Position numbers and translations under genes: made by a program
Notes under the pieces: generated by a model
Told to the model about the DNA's origin: nothing
Databases searched by the model: none
Seen by the model: only the letters and a program-made list of their open reading frames with translations
DNA from: Planctomycetota bacterium
Lineage (GTDB): Bacteria > Planctomycetota > UBA1135 > UBA2386
Direction: 5' to 3'
Length of the DNA: 64,000 bases
Assembly: GCA_046290465.1 (NCBI GenBank)
Contig: JBKAGP010000001.1
Location: forward strand, 4,768,001-4,832,000
Part shown: piece after piece, positions 38,935-48,636 of the stretch
Position numbering within the stretch: position 1 is the first letter of the stretch
Layout: every line of letters starts with the position of its first letter

Positions 38935-40008
38935 CTACTTCGCGGCGGCCGCCCGCACGAAGGCCTGCACGGCGCGGTCCATCGGCACGCCCTGCGCGAC
39001 CGGCCACGCCTTCTTCGGCGCCTTGCGGACCTGCTCCAGCCACTGCAGCTGTCGCGGCGACAGGTGGCTCCGCCAGTTGTCGCCGCGCATCGCCGCGTTG
39101 ACGCGCGTCGCCTGCGCCCTCGTCATCGGAACGTGACGCAGCGGGCTCTTGTAGAGGTAGTACTGCTGCTCCTTGTCGAGCCGCGCCAGCTCGCGTTCCT
39201 TCGTGTTCGCGTAGAGCCGGGCGCGGTCGCCGATGACCTTGCGCGCCTTGGCCAGCTGCGCGTCCGTGCTGGTCCACACGAACAGGTCGCACTGCTTGTT
39301 GCCGGCGACTCGCAGCAGGTCGTCGAACGAGATCTGCGCCCGGTCATAGGTGACGCGCACGCCTTCCTTGCGGCCGAACCACAGCGACTCGGTCGCCAGC
39401 ACGCCGTCGAGGAGGCCGAACTCGGCCTCGCCCTCCCAGAATCATGACATGCCGAAGATCGCCGTTTCGGTGCGCTTCATCGGCACGTCGCTGGTGGTCG
39501 CGAGCAGCGACAGCCACGCCGGCACGTCACGCTTGCTCGCCTGCAGCGCGCGCACCATCAGCTTGCCGATGCCGGCGACGGTCCACTCGCGAGTCAGGCC
39601 CTCGGTGAGATCCTTGCGGTCGGCGTCGACGACCCGCACGACCGGGTTGTTCCAGGTGCGTTCGCCGTAGGCGTCGAGGGTCGCACGGTCGCGATCGCCC
39701 TCGGTGTTGTTGTAGATGCACAGCGGCGTGAACAGCGTCTCCGCGGCTTCGACGACGAGGGGGTGACTCAGAACCTGAGCACCGAAGTCCTTGCACGTGC
39801 TTCAACCGGGCACTTCCTGGAACAGGATCAGCAGCGGCTTGCCGGTCGCCTTGGCCGTGAGCCTGGCGGTCGGTTCCGAGCGGTTCCAGCGGACCTCGCC
39901 GAGCTCGCCGGGCTGGTCCTGTTGCTGGCACGGCACGGGGGTGGCGAGGGCGAACAGGGCGGCGGCACCGAGGCCGCCGAGCCGACGCGGAAGGTCTGGT
40001 CGCGACAT
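38935..40008 (-). CDS. Exported thioredoxin-like/MsrA-like fusion selenoprotein with two Sec (UGA at 39802-39804 and 39442-39444)
   Basis: Three ORF-track pieces share one frame: LFQEVPG-U-STC and IFGMS-U-FWEGE; MsrA-like EGVRVTYD...ISFDDLL and QQYYL; a hairpin follows each UGA. Confidence 0.88.
39409..39435 (-). promoter_or_regulatory. Bacterial SECIS-like hairpin for UGA 2
   Basis: GAGGCCG-AGUU-CGGCCUC starting 13 nt after the UGA, extendable by GAG/CUC. Confidence 0.65.
39762..39783 (-). promoter_or_regulatory. Bacterial SECIS-like hairpin for UGA 1
   Basis: GGUG-CUCAG-GUU-CUGAG-U-CACC starting 19 nt after the UGA; G in apical loop, bulged U. Confidence 0.7.
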
Positions 40009-40062
40009 GCGCGCATGCTACGCGCTCGCGGCGGTGAGTTGCGCGCGATCCGTTCGGCCGGG

Positions 40063-41037
40063 TCAGTTCTGGACGCGCGCGCGGTCGCCGCGGCTGCCCG
40101 GCACCTTGGCCAGTGCCTTGCGCCACGCGTCGTCGTCGAGGATCAAGCCTGCGGTCGCCAGCGGGTCGGTGTCGACGCCGCGCCTGCCACGAACGCAGGT
40201 GACGCGACGGTCGGTGACGCCGAGGCCGGTGCGCGGGTCGATGACATGGGCGTAGCGCACTCCGTCGATCTCGACGAAGCGGTAGACATCGCCGGAGACC
40301 GACGCGGCGCCGTTGGCGATCACGAACGTCAGCGGCTTGCGTTGCTGGTCGGCGCCGCCGACCAGCAGGTCCGGCACCGTCACCCGCCAGCCCTGCTCGC
40401 CCGGCGGCGCGTCGCCGAACACCATGTCGCCGCCGGCGCGGTAGCGGCAGCGCGCCACGCCGTGGGCCTTCAGCAGCGCGACCACCTCGTCGCCGATCAT
40501 GCCCTTGGCGAGCCCGCCGAGGTCGAGCCACATGCCCTGCTTCTTCAGCTGCGCCGTCGACGCCTTGCCGTCGAGCACCAGCGCCCGGACGTCGACGTAG
40601 CGGCGTGCGTTGGCGAGCCGGTGCTTCGGCGGCAGCTTGCCGACCTTGCGCGACGAGCGCCACATCTGCACGAACGGCTTCGCGGTGACGTCGAACGCGC
40701 CGTCGGTGATCGCGTGCATCGCGACCGCGCGTTCGAGTGCGGCGAACAGCTCGTCCGGCACGGCGACCGCCTGCGGGGATTCGGCGGCGATCCGGTTGAG
40801 CGGGCTCGGCGGCTCGAACGCGTAGTCGTTCATCATCGCCGACAGCTCGGCGACCCGCGCGAACGCCGCCTGCGCCGCTGCGTCGGCGGTCTCGGCGTCG
40901 TCGGCGTAGAGGGTCAGCTCGACCGGGATGTTGCCGAAGTGCACCTTCTGGTAGGTGAACTTGCGCGGCTGCTGTGGCGCCGCCGCCAGCGCCTGCGTCG
41001 CCAGCAGCAGCGCGGCCGCGGCGCGCGCGCGGCTCAC
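40063..41037 (-). CDS. apbE: FAD:protein FMN transferase (ApbE family)
   Basis: TDGAFDVT, LDLGGLAKG, AGGD, SVSGD.YRF, YAHVIDPRTG; GTG 41037 overlaps the upstream stop. Confidence 0.9.
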   Translation of the reverse strand: MSRARAAAALLLATQALAAAPQQPRKFTYQKVHFGNIPVELTLYADDAETADAAAQAAFARVAELSAMMNDYAFEPPSPLNRIAAESPQAVAVPDELFAALERAVAMHAITDGAFDVTAKPFVQMWRSSRKVGKLPPKHRLANARRYVDVRALVLDGKASTAQLKKQGMWLDLGGLAKGMIGDEVVALLKAHGVARCRYRAGGDMVFGDAPPGEQGWRVTVPDLLVGGADQQRKPLTFVIANGAASVSGDVYRFVEIDGVRYAHVIDPRTGLGVTDRRVTCVRGRRGVDTDPLATAGLILDDDAWRKALAKVPGSRGDRARVQN

Positions 41038-42737
41038 TTCGCCCCGGGGATGTTGACCGGGTCGCAGACCAGGCGGAAGCCCATGTCGAAGCGGTCGCGA
41101 TACCACCACAGGCTCTTGGGCAGGTTGGGGTAGGTCTCGTTCCAGATGTCCTGGCTCTCGGTCTCGCGCCAGTCCATCGACAGCTGGTCCTTGGTCACCA
41201 GGTACGAGCCGCCGCGGATGAACACCTCGTCGTCCATGACCCACTCGGCGACGTTGCCCCAGAAGTCGTGCAGGCCGAACTCGTTGGCCGGCTTCTTGCC
41301 GACCGGCATGGTCATCTTGGCGCCCCACTCGTCCTCGCGGCAGTTGCCGTCGAGCCACGCCACCGCGTGCGGATCCTTCGGCACGCCGCCGGTCGCCTCG
41401 GCGACGTAGCGCCATTCGGCGTCGGTCCACAGGCGGTAGGGGCGGCCGGTCAGTTCGCTGACGTGCTTGCAGAACGCGAGCGCGTTGCGGCGCGACACGC
41501 CGAGCACCGCGGTGCCCTCGAAGCCGTGGCCGCGCGAAGCGTCCTCGTAGCACGGCGTCGGGCGCAGCAGCTCCTCCTTGAGCTTGGCGGCGTAGGCCGG
41601 GTCCTTGAGGTCGGTGCAGTAGGACCACGCGTTGAACATGCGCCACGTGACCTCGGTGGTCTGCGCGTAGAACGGCGCGATGCCCTTGGCCGGGTCGCCC
41701 GGGATCAGCACCATCTCGAACGGCGCCTGGTAGCCGAGGTCGAGCACGTTCTCGTCGCCGCGCTCGTTCTGGTAGTCGACGTAGTCGGTGAAGCGCTCCG
41801 GCAGCTTCGACACGTCGACGCCACCCGCGGCCGCGGCGGGCCCCGCCGTCTTGACCGCCTGCAGCTCGCGCTGCAGCTCGGCCTGGCCGGATTCGAGCCG
41901 CTCGAGGCGCGCCGCCAGCGTCGTGACCTGCTCGCCGAGCACGCCGTTCCGGGCCTGCTGCGCGACGATCTGTCGGTTGAGCTCCGCGATCACGGTCAGC
42001 GGGTCCGGCGTCGCGTGGATGCGCACGTCGACCAGCACCTGGTCGTCGACCTCGGCCGGCGGTTCGAAGCCCTGGCGCTTGGCCACCGCGAACGCCGAAC
42101 GCGAGATCGGGAACGTCGCGTCGAGCTTCAGGCTCTGCTCGGTCACCTCCATGCGCGCGTAGATGGTCAGCTCCTGCTCGATGCCGTTCAGCTGCAGCTT
42201 GCAGGCGAGCGCGTGGGTCCAGCCATCGATCGCGCCGGCGAACTCGGCCGTGTCGTCGCCGCTGCGCGGTCGCGCCGCACGCGTCGTCAGCACGGCCGTC
42301 GGGTGCTCGGGCGCAAACCACTGGTTCTCGCGCACGGTGTTGATCATCGCGTTGGGCGCCGGGTGGTCACCGTGGCCGCGCATCGCCTGGACCTGCACGT
42401 GCAGTTCGCCGGCGCGCAGGCTGCGCGACTTCGGGTCGAGCAGGGCGCGGCCGTGCAGCTGCGTCCAGGCGCCGCCGTAGTCGTGGCGCGCGCCGGCGAG
42501 CACCTTGCCGCAGCGCCACAGCATCTGGGTGTTGCCGCCGGCGTCGAGCGACGTCAGCTCGAGCGTCACGTCGGCTTCGTTGGCGGTCACCCCCGCGACG
42601 TCCACGATCTCGGCCTTCGGTGCGGGATCGGTGCCTTCGAGCGGCTGGTTGAGCCAGGCCTGGTAGTAGGCGAAGCCGGCGACGCCGAGTGCGGTGATGG
42701 AGAGCAGGGTCGCAATCGCGACGAAAAACTTGGACAT
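41034..42737 (-). CDS. Membrane-anchored YceI-like + coiled-coil + FGE-sulfatase (SUMF1)-domain protein
   Basis: N-terminal TM; LQLNGIEQ...ATFPISRSAF (YceI); TEVTW, NEFGLHDFWGNVAEW, RGGS, GFRLV. Confidence 0.8.
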   Translation of the reverse strand: MSKFFVAIATLLSITALGVAGFAYYQAWLNQPLEGTDPAPKAEIVDVAGVTANEADVTLELTSLDAGGNTQMLWRCGKVLAGARHDYGGAWTQLHGRALLDPKSRSLRAGELHVQVQAMRGHGDHPAPNAMINTVRENQWFAPEHPTAVLTTRAARPRSGDDTAEFAGAIDGWTHALACKLQLNGIEQELTIYARMEVTEQSLKLDATFPISRSAFAVAKRQGFEPPAEVDDQVLVDVRIHATPDPLTVIAELNRQIVAQQARNGVLGEQVTTLAARLERLESGQAELQRELQAVKTAGPAAAAGGVDVSKLPERFTDYVDYQNERGDENVLDLGYQAPFEMVLIPGDPAKGIAPFYAQTTEVTWRMFNAWSYCTDLKDPAYAAKLKEELLRPTPCYEDASRGHGFEGTAVLGVSRRNALAFCKHVSELTGRPYRLWTDAEWRYVAEATGGVPKDPHAVAWLDGNCREDEWGAKMTMPVGKKPANEFGLHDFWGNVAEWVMDDEVFIRGGSYLVTKDQLSMDWRETESQDIWNETYPNLPKSLWWYRDRFDMGFRLVCDPVNIPGAK

Positions 42738-42939
42738 GCGGACGGTGGAGCGGGCGAACGGTGCAGAAGCGGCCCCGCAGCATAGCTGCGGTGGATCGAC
42801 GCTCCCAGGGTCGGTCGCGTCCGTCGGCACGTTCGCCAGCGATGTCGAGGATTCCTCGTGACGACGAGCCGTTCGTTCCGCCTTGCTCCGGTGTGGGCCC
42901 GGGCCTTCCGGGCCGTCCATTACCTGCACCTCGCTATCG

Positions 42940-43347
42940 ATGATCCACCGAACCACGTTCGCGCTCCTCGCCCTCCTGTGCCTTTCCGTGTCGGCGCTCG
43001 CGCACCGCCCCGCCGCGATTCCCTTGGCCCCGATCACGTCGGGAGTGCCGGCGTTGGGACCGGCCGGCTACGAACTGCAAGAGGAGGACGGTACGCCGAT
43101 CGGCGATCCTGGTCGCTACGTCGTCTGGGCGGTGCCGACCGCCATCCGTGGCGTGTATTCGCTGACCACCGTCTACATGCCCGAAGAAGGGCCTTATGTG
43201 ATCCTCTACAACGAGTCGGGTTTCGCGGTGAAGACCGCCACCGGCTACGACACGTCGACGTCGACGACGACCGGTACCCTCGAGCTGCAGAACGACGGTC
43301 GTTGGAAGGAGACGCTGTCCAGCGGCAACACGTCCTACTGGGGCTGA
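42940..43347 (+). CDS. Small secreted hypothetical protein
   Basis: Signal peptide (TTFALLALLCLSVSALA); beta-rich; GC-rich third positions. Confidence 0.65.
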   Translation: MIHRTTFALLALLCLSVSALAHRPAAIPLAPITSGVPALGPAGYELQEEDGTPIGDPGRYVVWAVPTAIRGVYSLTTVYMPEEGPYVILYNESGFAVKTATGYDTSTSTTTGTLELQNDGRWKETLSSGNTSYWG

Positions 43348-43374
43348 GCGGTCGCCCGGTGCTGCGCTGCGTCG

Positions 43375-44514
43375 TCAGCGCAAGACCTTCTGCAGCAGCG
43401 CGGCGACGTGGCGGGCCTGCCGCAGCATGCCGAGGTCGTTCGGGTGGCTGCCGTCGGTGGTGCCCTCACCGTCGTCCCCGAGCAGGTTGGCGCCGGCGAG
43501 CAGGTGCACGTGCGCGGCTTCGCGCGGCCGCAACTGCGCGTGCGCGTCCCGCAACGCCTGCCGGCGCTGCTCGTGCGCGCGCCGGACCGACGGCCGCAGC
43601 CACGCGTTGGCGAACGTGCGATCCTCGACCAGCACGACGTCGGCCTGCGGGCGCGCTTCGCGCAGCATCGCGACCAGCGCGCCGGTCCGTTCGCGGACCT
43701 GCTCGGCCTTCATGTTGGGCAGGCAGTCGACGACGAACGTGGCGGCGTCGATCGTCGCCAGCGGCGCGCCGACCTCGGCCTCCATGCGGCCGTTGCCGGA
43801 GAAGCCGAGGTTGACGACCTCGCGGTCGAGCATGCGCGACAGGATCGCCGGCCAGGCCATGCCGGGACGACTGGCGCAGGCGCCGTGTGCGATCGACGTG
43901 CCGTAGACGACCACCGGCTTGCTGCGCCGCGGCGGTGCCGGCCGCAGCGTGGCGCCGGCAGGCACGCCGAGTTCGAGCCGTTCGATGCCGTTGTAGAGCG
44001 GCAGGTAGAGCACGAACGCGCGGCCGCCCTCAGGAGCGTCGGCGAGGCCGCTGGCGAGTCGCTGGCTGACGTCACGCGCGGTCGGTCGCGAGACCGCGAC
44101 CCACCGCAGGGTGCCCGCGTCGTCGCGGGCGTAGAGGTCGACACCGCTGACGCCGGTCGCCGGCATGTGGTACATCGCGAGCTGCGGGCTCGTCAGCCGG
44201 TAGCGCACGTGCAGTTCGGTCGCGTCACTGACGAACCGCACCGCCATCCCGGCGCTGTGACGCGACAGCCGCCAGACCGCGGGCCGCACCTCGGCCTCGG
44301 CGGACGCGGGCAGGCGGTCGAACGGCGCCTTGCGCTCGGCGAACGCGCGGCCCTCGATCGGCCAGTCGGCGACGTCGGTCCAGCGCACGCCCTCGTCCTG
44401 GGCGGACTGGGTGCGTGGCGCGGCCAGGGCGCGTGGTGCGGCCAGGGCGCGTGGTGCGGCCAGGGTCGCGGCGAGGCTGCAGGCGATGCAGAGGGCGGAG
44501 CTGAGGGGGCGCAT
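43375..44514 (-). CDS. SGNH/GDSL hydrolase with GxDLY N-terminal domain
   Basis: SGVDLY, YGTSIAHG, NLGFSGNG, DGSHP; 18-bp tandem repeat (AAPRAL x3) at 44413-44465 after the signal peptide. Confidence 0.9.
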   Translation of the reverse strand: MRPLSSALCIACSLAATLAAPRALAAPRALAAPRTQSAQDEGVRWTDVADWPIEGRAFAERKAPFDRLPASAEAEVRPAVWRLSRHSAGMAVRFVSDATELHVRYRLTSPQLAMYHMPATGVSGVDLYARDDAGTLRWVAVSRPTARDVSQRLASGLADAPEGGRAFVLYLPLYNGIERLELGVPAGATLRPAPPRRSKPVVVYGTSIAHGACASRPGMAWPAILSRMLDREVVNLGFSGNGRMEAEVGAPLATIDAATFVVDCLPNMKAEQVRERTGALVAMLREARPQADVVLVEDRTFANAWLRPSVRRAHEQRRQALRDAHAQLRPREAAHVHLLAGANLLGDDGEGTTDGSHPNDLGMLRQARHVAALLQKVLR

Positions 44515-44796
44515 GGTCGGCGAGATGCTAGGGCCCCGCGGATCCTGATGGCATGGGCCGTTGCGGGGCGATCGCCGCGTCGACCGACGGCGTTGTTTCG
44601 AAAAGTCGCTGACGCTCACGCCCGCCTGCCGCCCGTAGCCCAGCCGGGATCTCCCGGATTCTCCATGACGAACGAGCCCGCTTCCGTCCTTGCGTCACCG
44701 GCAGCCGATTCCGGTTGCCGCGCAGTGGTTGTGCCGTCGCGCGACCCTGCGGCACAATACCGGCGACCAAGATCTCGCCGCTTGGGGCTTCGCCAC

Positions 44797-45417
44797 TTGG
44801 AGACGGACTTCGCACAGACGATCGCCGCGGCCCGCGACGGCGATCAGGACGCGCTCGACGAGCTGTTCCGTTCGTTCTACACGCGCGTGTCGACGATGGT
44901 GCACCAGTCGCTGGCGGCGGACTTCCGCGCGCAGCGGCCCTGGCTCGGCGCGATGCTGAGCACGGGTGACGTCGTGCAAGAGGTGTTCGCGAGCGTCATC
45001 AAGGACATCCGCGACTTCGAAGGCACGACCGAAGGACAGTTCGTCAAGTACCTGACGACGCTGACGCGCAACCGGCTGATCGACGCGGTGCGCTTCCACG
45101 AGGCCGTGCGACGCGACCGGCGTCGCGTGACCGGCGGCGACACCGTGCTGGGCAACCAGTCCGTCGACGTCGGCGACCAAGCCGCCGCGCGCGACGAGCT
45201 GACCCGCTACACGCGGGCGCTGTCGTCGTTCCGCGACCGTGAGCGCGCGCTGCTGCGCGGCCGGCTCGAAGGCGGCGAGCAGCCGCCGACGTTCGAAGAG
45301 CTGGCTGATCAGCTCGGCTACGCATCGGCTGGCGCGGCGCGGCAGGCGTTCTTCACGTGCAAGGCGCGGCTGTTGATCAAGCTCGGCAAGCCTCGCGATC
45401 AGGATCCGGCGCGGTGA
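44797..45417 (+). CDS. ECF sigma factor (kinase-associated)
   Basis: ARDGDQDALDELF, STGDVVQEVF, RNRLID, TFEELADQLG; start uncertain (TTG 44797 or ATG 44665). Confidence 0.85.
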   Translation: METDFAQTIAAARDGDQDALDELFRSFYTRVSTMVHQSLAADFRAQRPWLGAMLSTGDVVQEVFASVIKDIRDFEGTTEGQFVKYLTTLTRNRLIDAVRFHEAVRRDRRRVTGGDTVLGNQSVDVGDQAAARDELTRYTRALSSFRDRERALLRGRLEGGEQPPTFEELADQLGYASAGAARQAFFTCKARLLIKLGKPRDQDPAR

Positions 45418-47912
45418 GGCCGGAGGACGATCCGGAGCTCGAACGGCTCGTCGTGCGCGCGCTCGAGCTGGAGGCGAGCGGCGACGCGGTCGACATCGAG
45501 CAGCTGTGCGCGCACCGTCCCGACCTGATCACGCTGGTTCGCGATGCCCTGGGGCACTCGGCCAACCTGTCCGGCATCGACGAGGCGGCGCAGGGCTTCG
45601 ACCCCAACGAGCACGCCGTGTTCGGCGATCGTTACCGGCTCGATCGCCGCCTCGGGGCCGGCGCGATGGGGGTCGTCTACCTGGCGACCGACCTCGAGCT
45701 GCAGCGGCCGGTCGCGGTCAAGGTGCTGCGCTCGGTCCTGCTCGACGGCGACGAGGCGGCGGCGCGGTTCGAGCGCGAGGCCGAGGTGCTGGCGGCCGTG
45801 CAGCACCCGGCGGTGGTCACGGTGTTCGACCGCGGCAGCACCGCGGACGGGCTGCGCTACCTGGTGATGGAGCTGCTCGACGGCGTCTCGCTGGGCGAAC
45901 TGCTGCAGCGCGCCGAGGAGCGCGCGCGCGAGCACGGGCCGAGCGACGACACCGCGTGGCTGCGCGAACACTTCGCGGCCGACGTGCAGCTCGACTCGAG
46001 CTTCCTGCGGCAGTCGGTTCGCTGGATCGCGCAGCTGTCGTCGGGGCTCGAAGCCGTGCACGAGGCGGGCGTCTTCCACCGCGACATCAAGCCGTCGAAC
46101 GTGTTCTTGCGGCGCGACGGTTCGCCGGTGCTGCTCGACTTCGGCATCGCCACGCGTAGCTCGGAGGAGACGCTGTCGAGCAGCGAGAGTCCGGTCGGCA
46201 CGCCGGCCTACATGGACCCCAACCAGCTCGAACGTCGCGGCGAGCCGGGGCCGGTGGTCGACGTCTACGGCCTGTGCGGCACGCTCTACCACATGGTCAC
46301 GCTGCGGGCGCCGTTCCGCGGCACGCCGCAGGAGATCCTCGCCGACCTCAAGACCAAGGAGCCGCCGCCGGCCAGCCAGGTGCGGCCGGGGCTGCCGCGC
46401 GACCTGCAGGCGGTGCTCGACTGCGGCATGGCGCGGCGTGACTCGAGGCGCTACCCGAGCGCGCGGGCGTTGCGCGACGACCTGCTGGCGATGCTCGAAT
46501 ACCGGCCGGTGTCGGTGCGGCCGGTCACGTCGTTCGAACGGCTGGCGCGCCGCGTCGCGCGGTCTCGGGAGTTCCGCGCCGCGGTCGTGGTGCTGGTGCT
46601 GGTGGCCGCCACGTTCGGCGTGTGGCAGTGGCGGCAGAGTGGCCTGGATGCGCGCGTCGACGCGTGGCGTGTCGACTGGGCCGGCATCGGCCCGACGCAG
46701 TTCGACGCGCCGCTGGTGATGCGCCGGATCGCCGTCGACGAGGTGCGCGCCGCCGAGACCGCGCGGTTCGACCGCATGGTCGACAGCGGCGTCGAGCCGA
46801 TCACGTCGCGCCTGGTGCGGGCCGCGTGGCGGCTCGACAACGGCATGCCGAAGCTGGCTGCCGACGACATCGCGGTGGTCGCGTCGCTGGTCGATTCGGA
46901 CTATGCGCGCGCGCTGCTGGCGAGCTACCGCGCGCTGCCGGCGGACGCCCAGGATGCGTCGTCGCTGCAGATCCCGGAGCTGCCTCGTGGCGCGTCGCAG
47001 ACCGACACGTTCTTGGCGGCGTTCCACCTGACGCGCACCGACGACGAGGACTACGACCGCGCGGTGGAGCTGATGCGCGAGGTCGACAGCGACGATCCGG
47101 GTGTGCGCCACCTGCAGCTGCGGCTGACGATGGCGAGCTTCCGCAACGTGACCCGCATCGAACGCCACGAGATGATCCGGGTGATGCTTGACCGGGCGAC
47201 GCGCGAGGAAGAACGGCTCGGGCGGCCGACCGCGATGACCGCGCAGGTCGCCGGGATCGCGCTGCAGATGCAGGACTACGACGAGCAGGCGCTCGCGATG
47301 ATGCGGCGAGGCGTCGCGCTGGCGCCGGGTGACCACGGTCTGCACATCAACCTCGGCAACCTGCTGTCGGCGATGGGCGACTACGACAGCGCGGTGGTCG
47401 AGTTCGCCGAGGCCTCGCGCCTGCGTCCGAAGAGCATCGGCGCCGGCCGCGCGTGGGTCATCAGCCTCTACCGCGTCGAGCGCTTCGACGAGGCGCGCGA
47501 CGTGCTCGCGCAGATGCCGTTCCAGCAGACCGACTACGACCAGGGGGAGCGCGTCTACCTGCAGGCCGCGATCGACCTCGCCGAGTCGATGGCGCGGACC
47601 GATGCGGGCGAGGTCGACGAGGCCCAGGCGCTCGCGCGGCAGGCGGTGGCGGCGCTCGACCGTTGTCGCCAGCTCGGCACGCAGGTGCGGGAGAGCAAGT
47701 ACTTCCTGGCCAAGGCCTATGCGGGTGAGGTCGAGGACCGCGCGACCTACGTCGCCGGCCTGCTGTCCGACGATCCGTCCGACGCCAGCCTGCTCGGACT
47801 GTTGCTGCAGACGATGCCCGACGACCTCGACGCGAAGCAGACCAAGGCCGTGCGGCAGTTCCTCGAGGCGCTGCAGCTGGCGCTGGCGCCCCGGCTCGAA
47901 GAAGGCAAGTAG
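45414..47912 (+). CDS. Ser/Thr protein kinase with TM and TPR-like C-terminus
   Basis: [34 protein letters not shown] overlap with the sigma gene. Confidence 0.93.
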   Translation: MRPEDDPELERLVVRALELEASGDAVDIEQLCAHRPDLITLVRDALGHSANLSGIDEAAQGFDPNEHAVFGDRYRLDRRLGAGAMGVVYLATDLELQRPVAVKVLRSVLLDGDEAAARFEREAEVLAAVQHPAVVTVFDRGSTADGLRYLVMELLDGVSLGELLQRAEERAREHGPSDDTAWLREHFAADVQLDSSFLRQSVRWIAQLSSGLEAVHEAGVFHRDIKPSNVFLRRDGSPVLLDFGIATRSSEETLSSSESPVGTPAYMDPNQLERRGEPGPVVDVYGLCGTLYHMVTLRAPFRGTPQEILADLKTKEPPPASQVRPGLPRDLQAVLDCGMARRDSRRYPSARALRDDLLAMLEYRPVSVRPVTSFERLARRVARSREFRAAVVVLVLVAATFGVWQWRQSGLDARVDAWRVDWAGIGPTQFDAPLVMRRIAVDEVRAAETARFDRMVDSGVEPITSRLVRAAWRLDNGMPKLAADDIAVVASLVDSDYARALLASYRALPADAQDASSLQIPELPRGASQTDTFLAAFHLTRTDDEDYDRAVELMREVDSDDPGVRHLQLRLTMASFRNVTRIERHEMIRVMLDRATREEERLGRPTAMTAQVAGIALQMQDYDEQALAMMRRGVALAPGDHGLHINLGNLLSAMGDYDSAVVEFAEASRLRPKSIGAGRAWVISLYRVERFDEARDVLAQMPFQQTDYDQGERVYLQAAIDLAESMARTDAGEVDEAQALARQAVAALDRCRQLGTQVRESKYFLAKAYAGEVEDRATYVAGLLSDDPSDASLLGLLLQTMPDDLDAKQTKAVRQFLEALQLALAPRLEEGK

Positions 47913-47937
47913 CCGGTCCGTCAGGTCTGCTCCCCCG

Positions 47938-47980
47938 AAACCGACCTTACGAAGCCGACCTTACGGAACCGACCTCAACG
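47938..47980. repeat. 14-bp tandem repeat x3
   Basis: AAACCGACCTTACG, AAGCCGACCTTACG, GAACCGACCTCAACG; the third unit includes the stop codon of the convergent gene. Confidence 0.7.
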
Positions 47981-48604
47981 ATCTGGGGCGTCGGCGTGCT
48001 TCGAGAAGCGGGGGAGGAACAGCTGTACGAACGGGCCGATGCTGATGGCGAACCAGGCCGTGCCGAAGCCGAGCGAACCGCCGAGCAGGATGCCGAGCAC
48101 GAGCACCGTCAGCTCGATCCCGGTGCGCACCGTCCAGATCGTGAAGCCGCGGCGGCCGATGCCGGTCATCAGGCCGTCGCGCGGGCCGGGGCCGAGGCCG
48201 CCGCCGAGGTAGAGCCCCGAGGCCAGGCCGACGATCGCCGGGCCCGCGGCACACATGGCGATGCGCAGCCACAGGTGGCCGTCGTCGGGCAGCCACAGCA
48301 GCGTGGTGTCGACCGAGATCCCGATCAGCAACGCGTTGAGGATCGTGCCGAGGCCGAGCCGTTCCTTCAGCGGCACGAACGCCAGCACCAGCACGACGCC
48401 GGTGGCGATGATCACGGTGCCGAGGCTGACGCCGACGGTCTGCGCGACGCCCTGGTGGAACACGTCCCACGGTGGCAGGCCGAGGTCGGCGGCCACCATC
48501 GCGGCGATGCCGGCGCCGAACAGCCACAGGCCGAGCACGACCTGGGGCAGGCGGCGCAGCGTCTCGCGCCAAGGCAGGACCAGCAGCAAACCGTCCGACG
48601 TCAT
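47975..48604 (-). CDS. YczE/YyaS/YitT family membrane protein
   Basis: ADLGLPPWDVFHQG, GLGTILN, LGPGPRDGLM, LLGGSLGFGT. Confidence 0.88.
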   Translation of the reverse strand: MTSDGLLLVLPWRETLRRLPQVVLGLWLFGAGIAAMVAADLGLPPWDVFHQGVAQTVGVSLGTVIIATGVVLVLAFVPLKERLGLGTILNALLIGISVDTTLLWLPDDGHLWLRIAMCAAGPAIVGLASGLYLGGGLGPGPRDGLMTGIGRRGFTIWTVRTGIELTVLVLGILLGGSLGFGTAWFAISIGPFVQLFLPRFSKHADAPDR

Positions 48605-48636
48605 CTGCGGGACACGTTACGCGGTAGCATCCGGGC

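Noticed and set aside
41034..42737. Active formylglycine-generating enzyme
   Set aside because: Catalytic Cys pair is absent; treated as an FGE-fold domain only.
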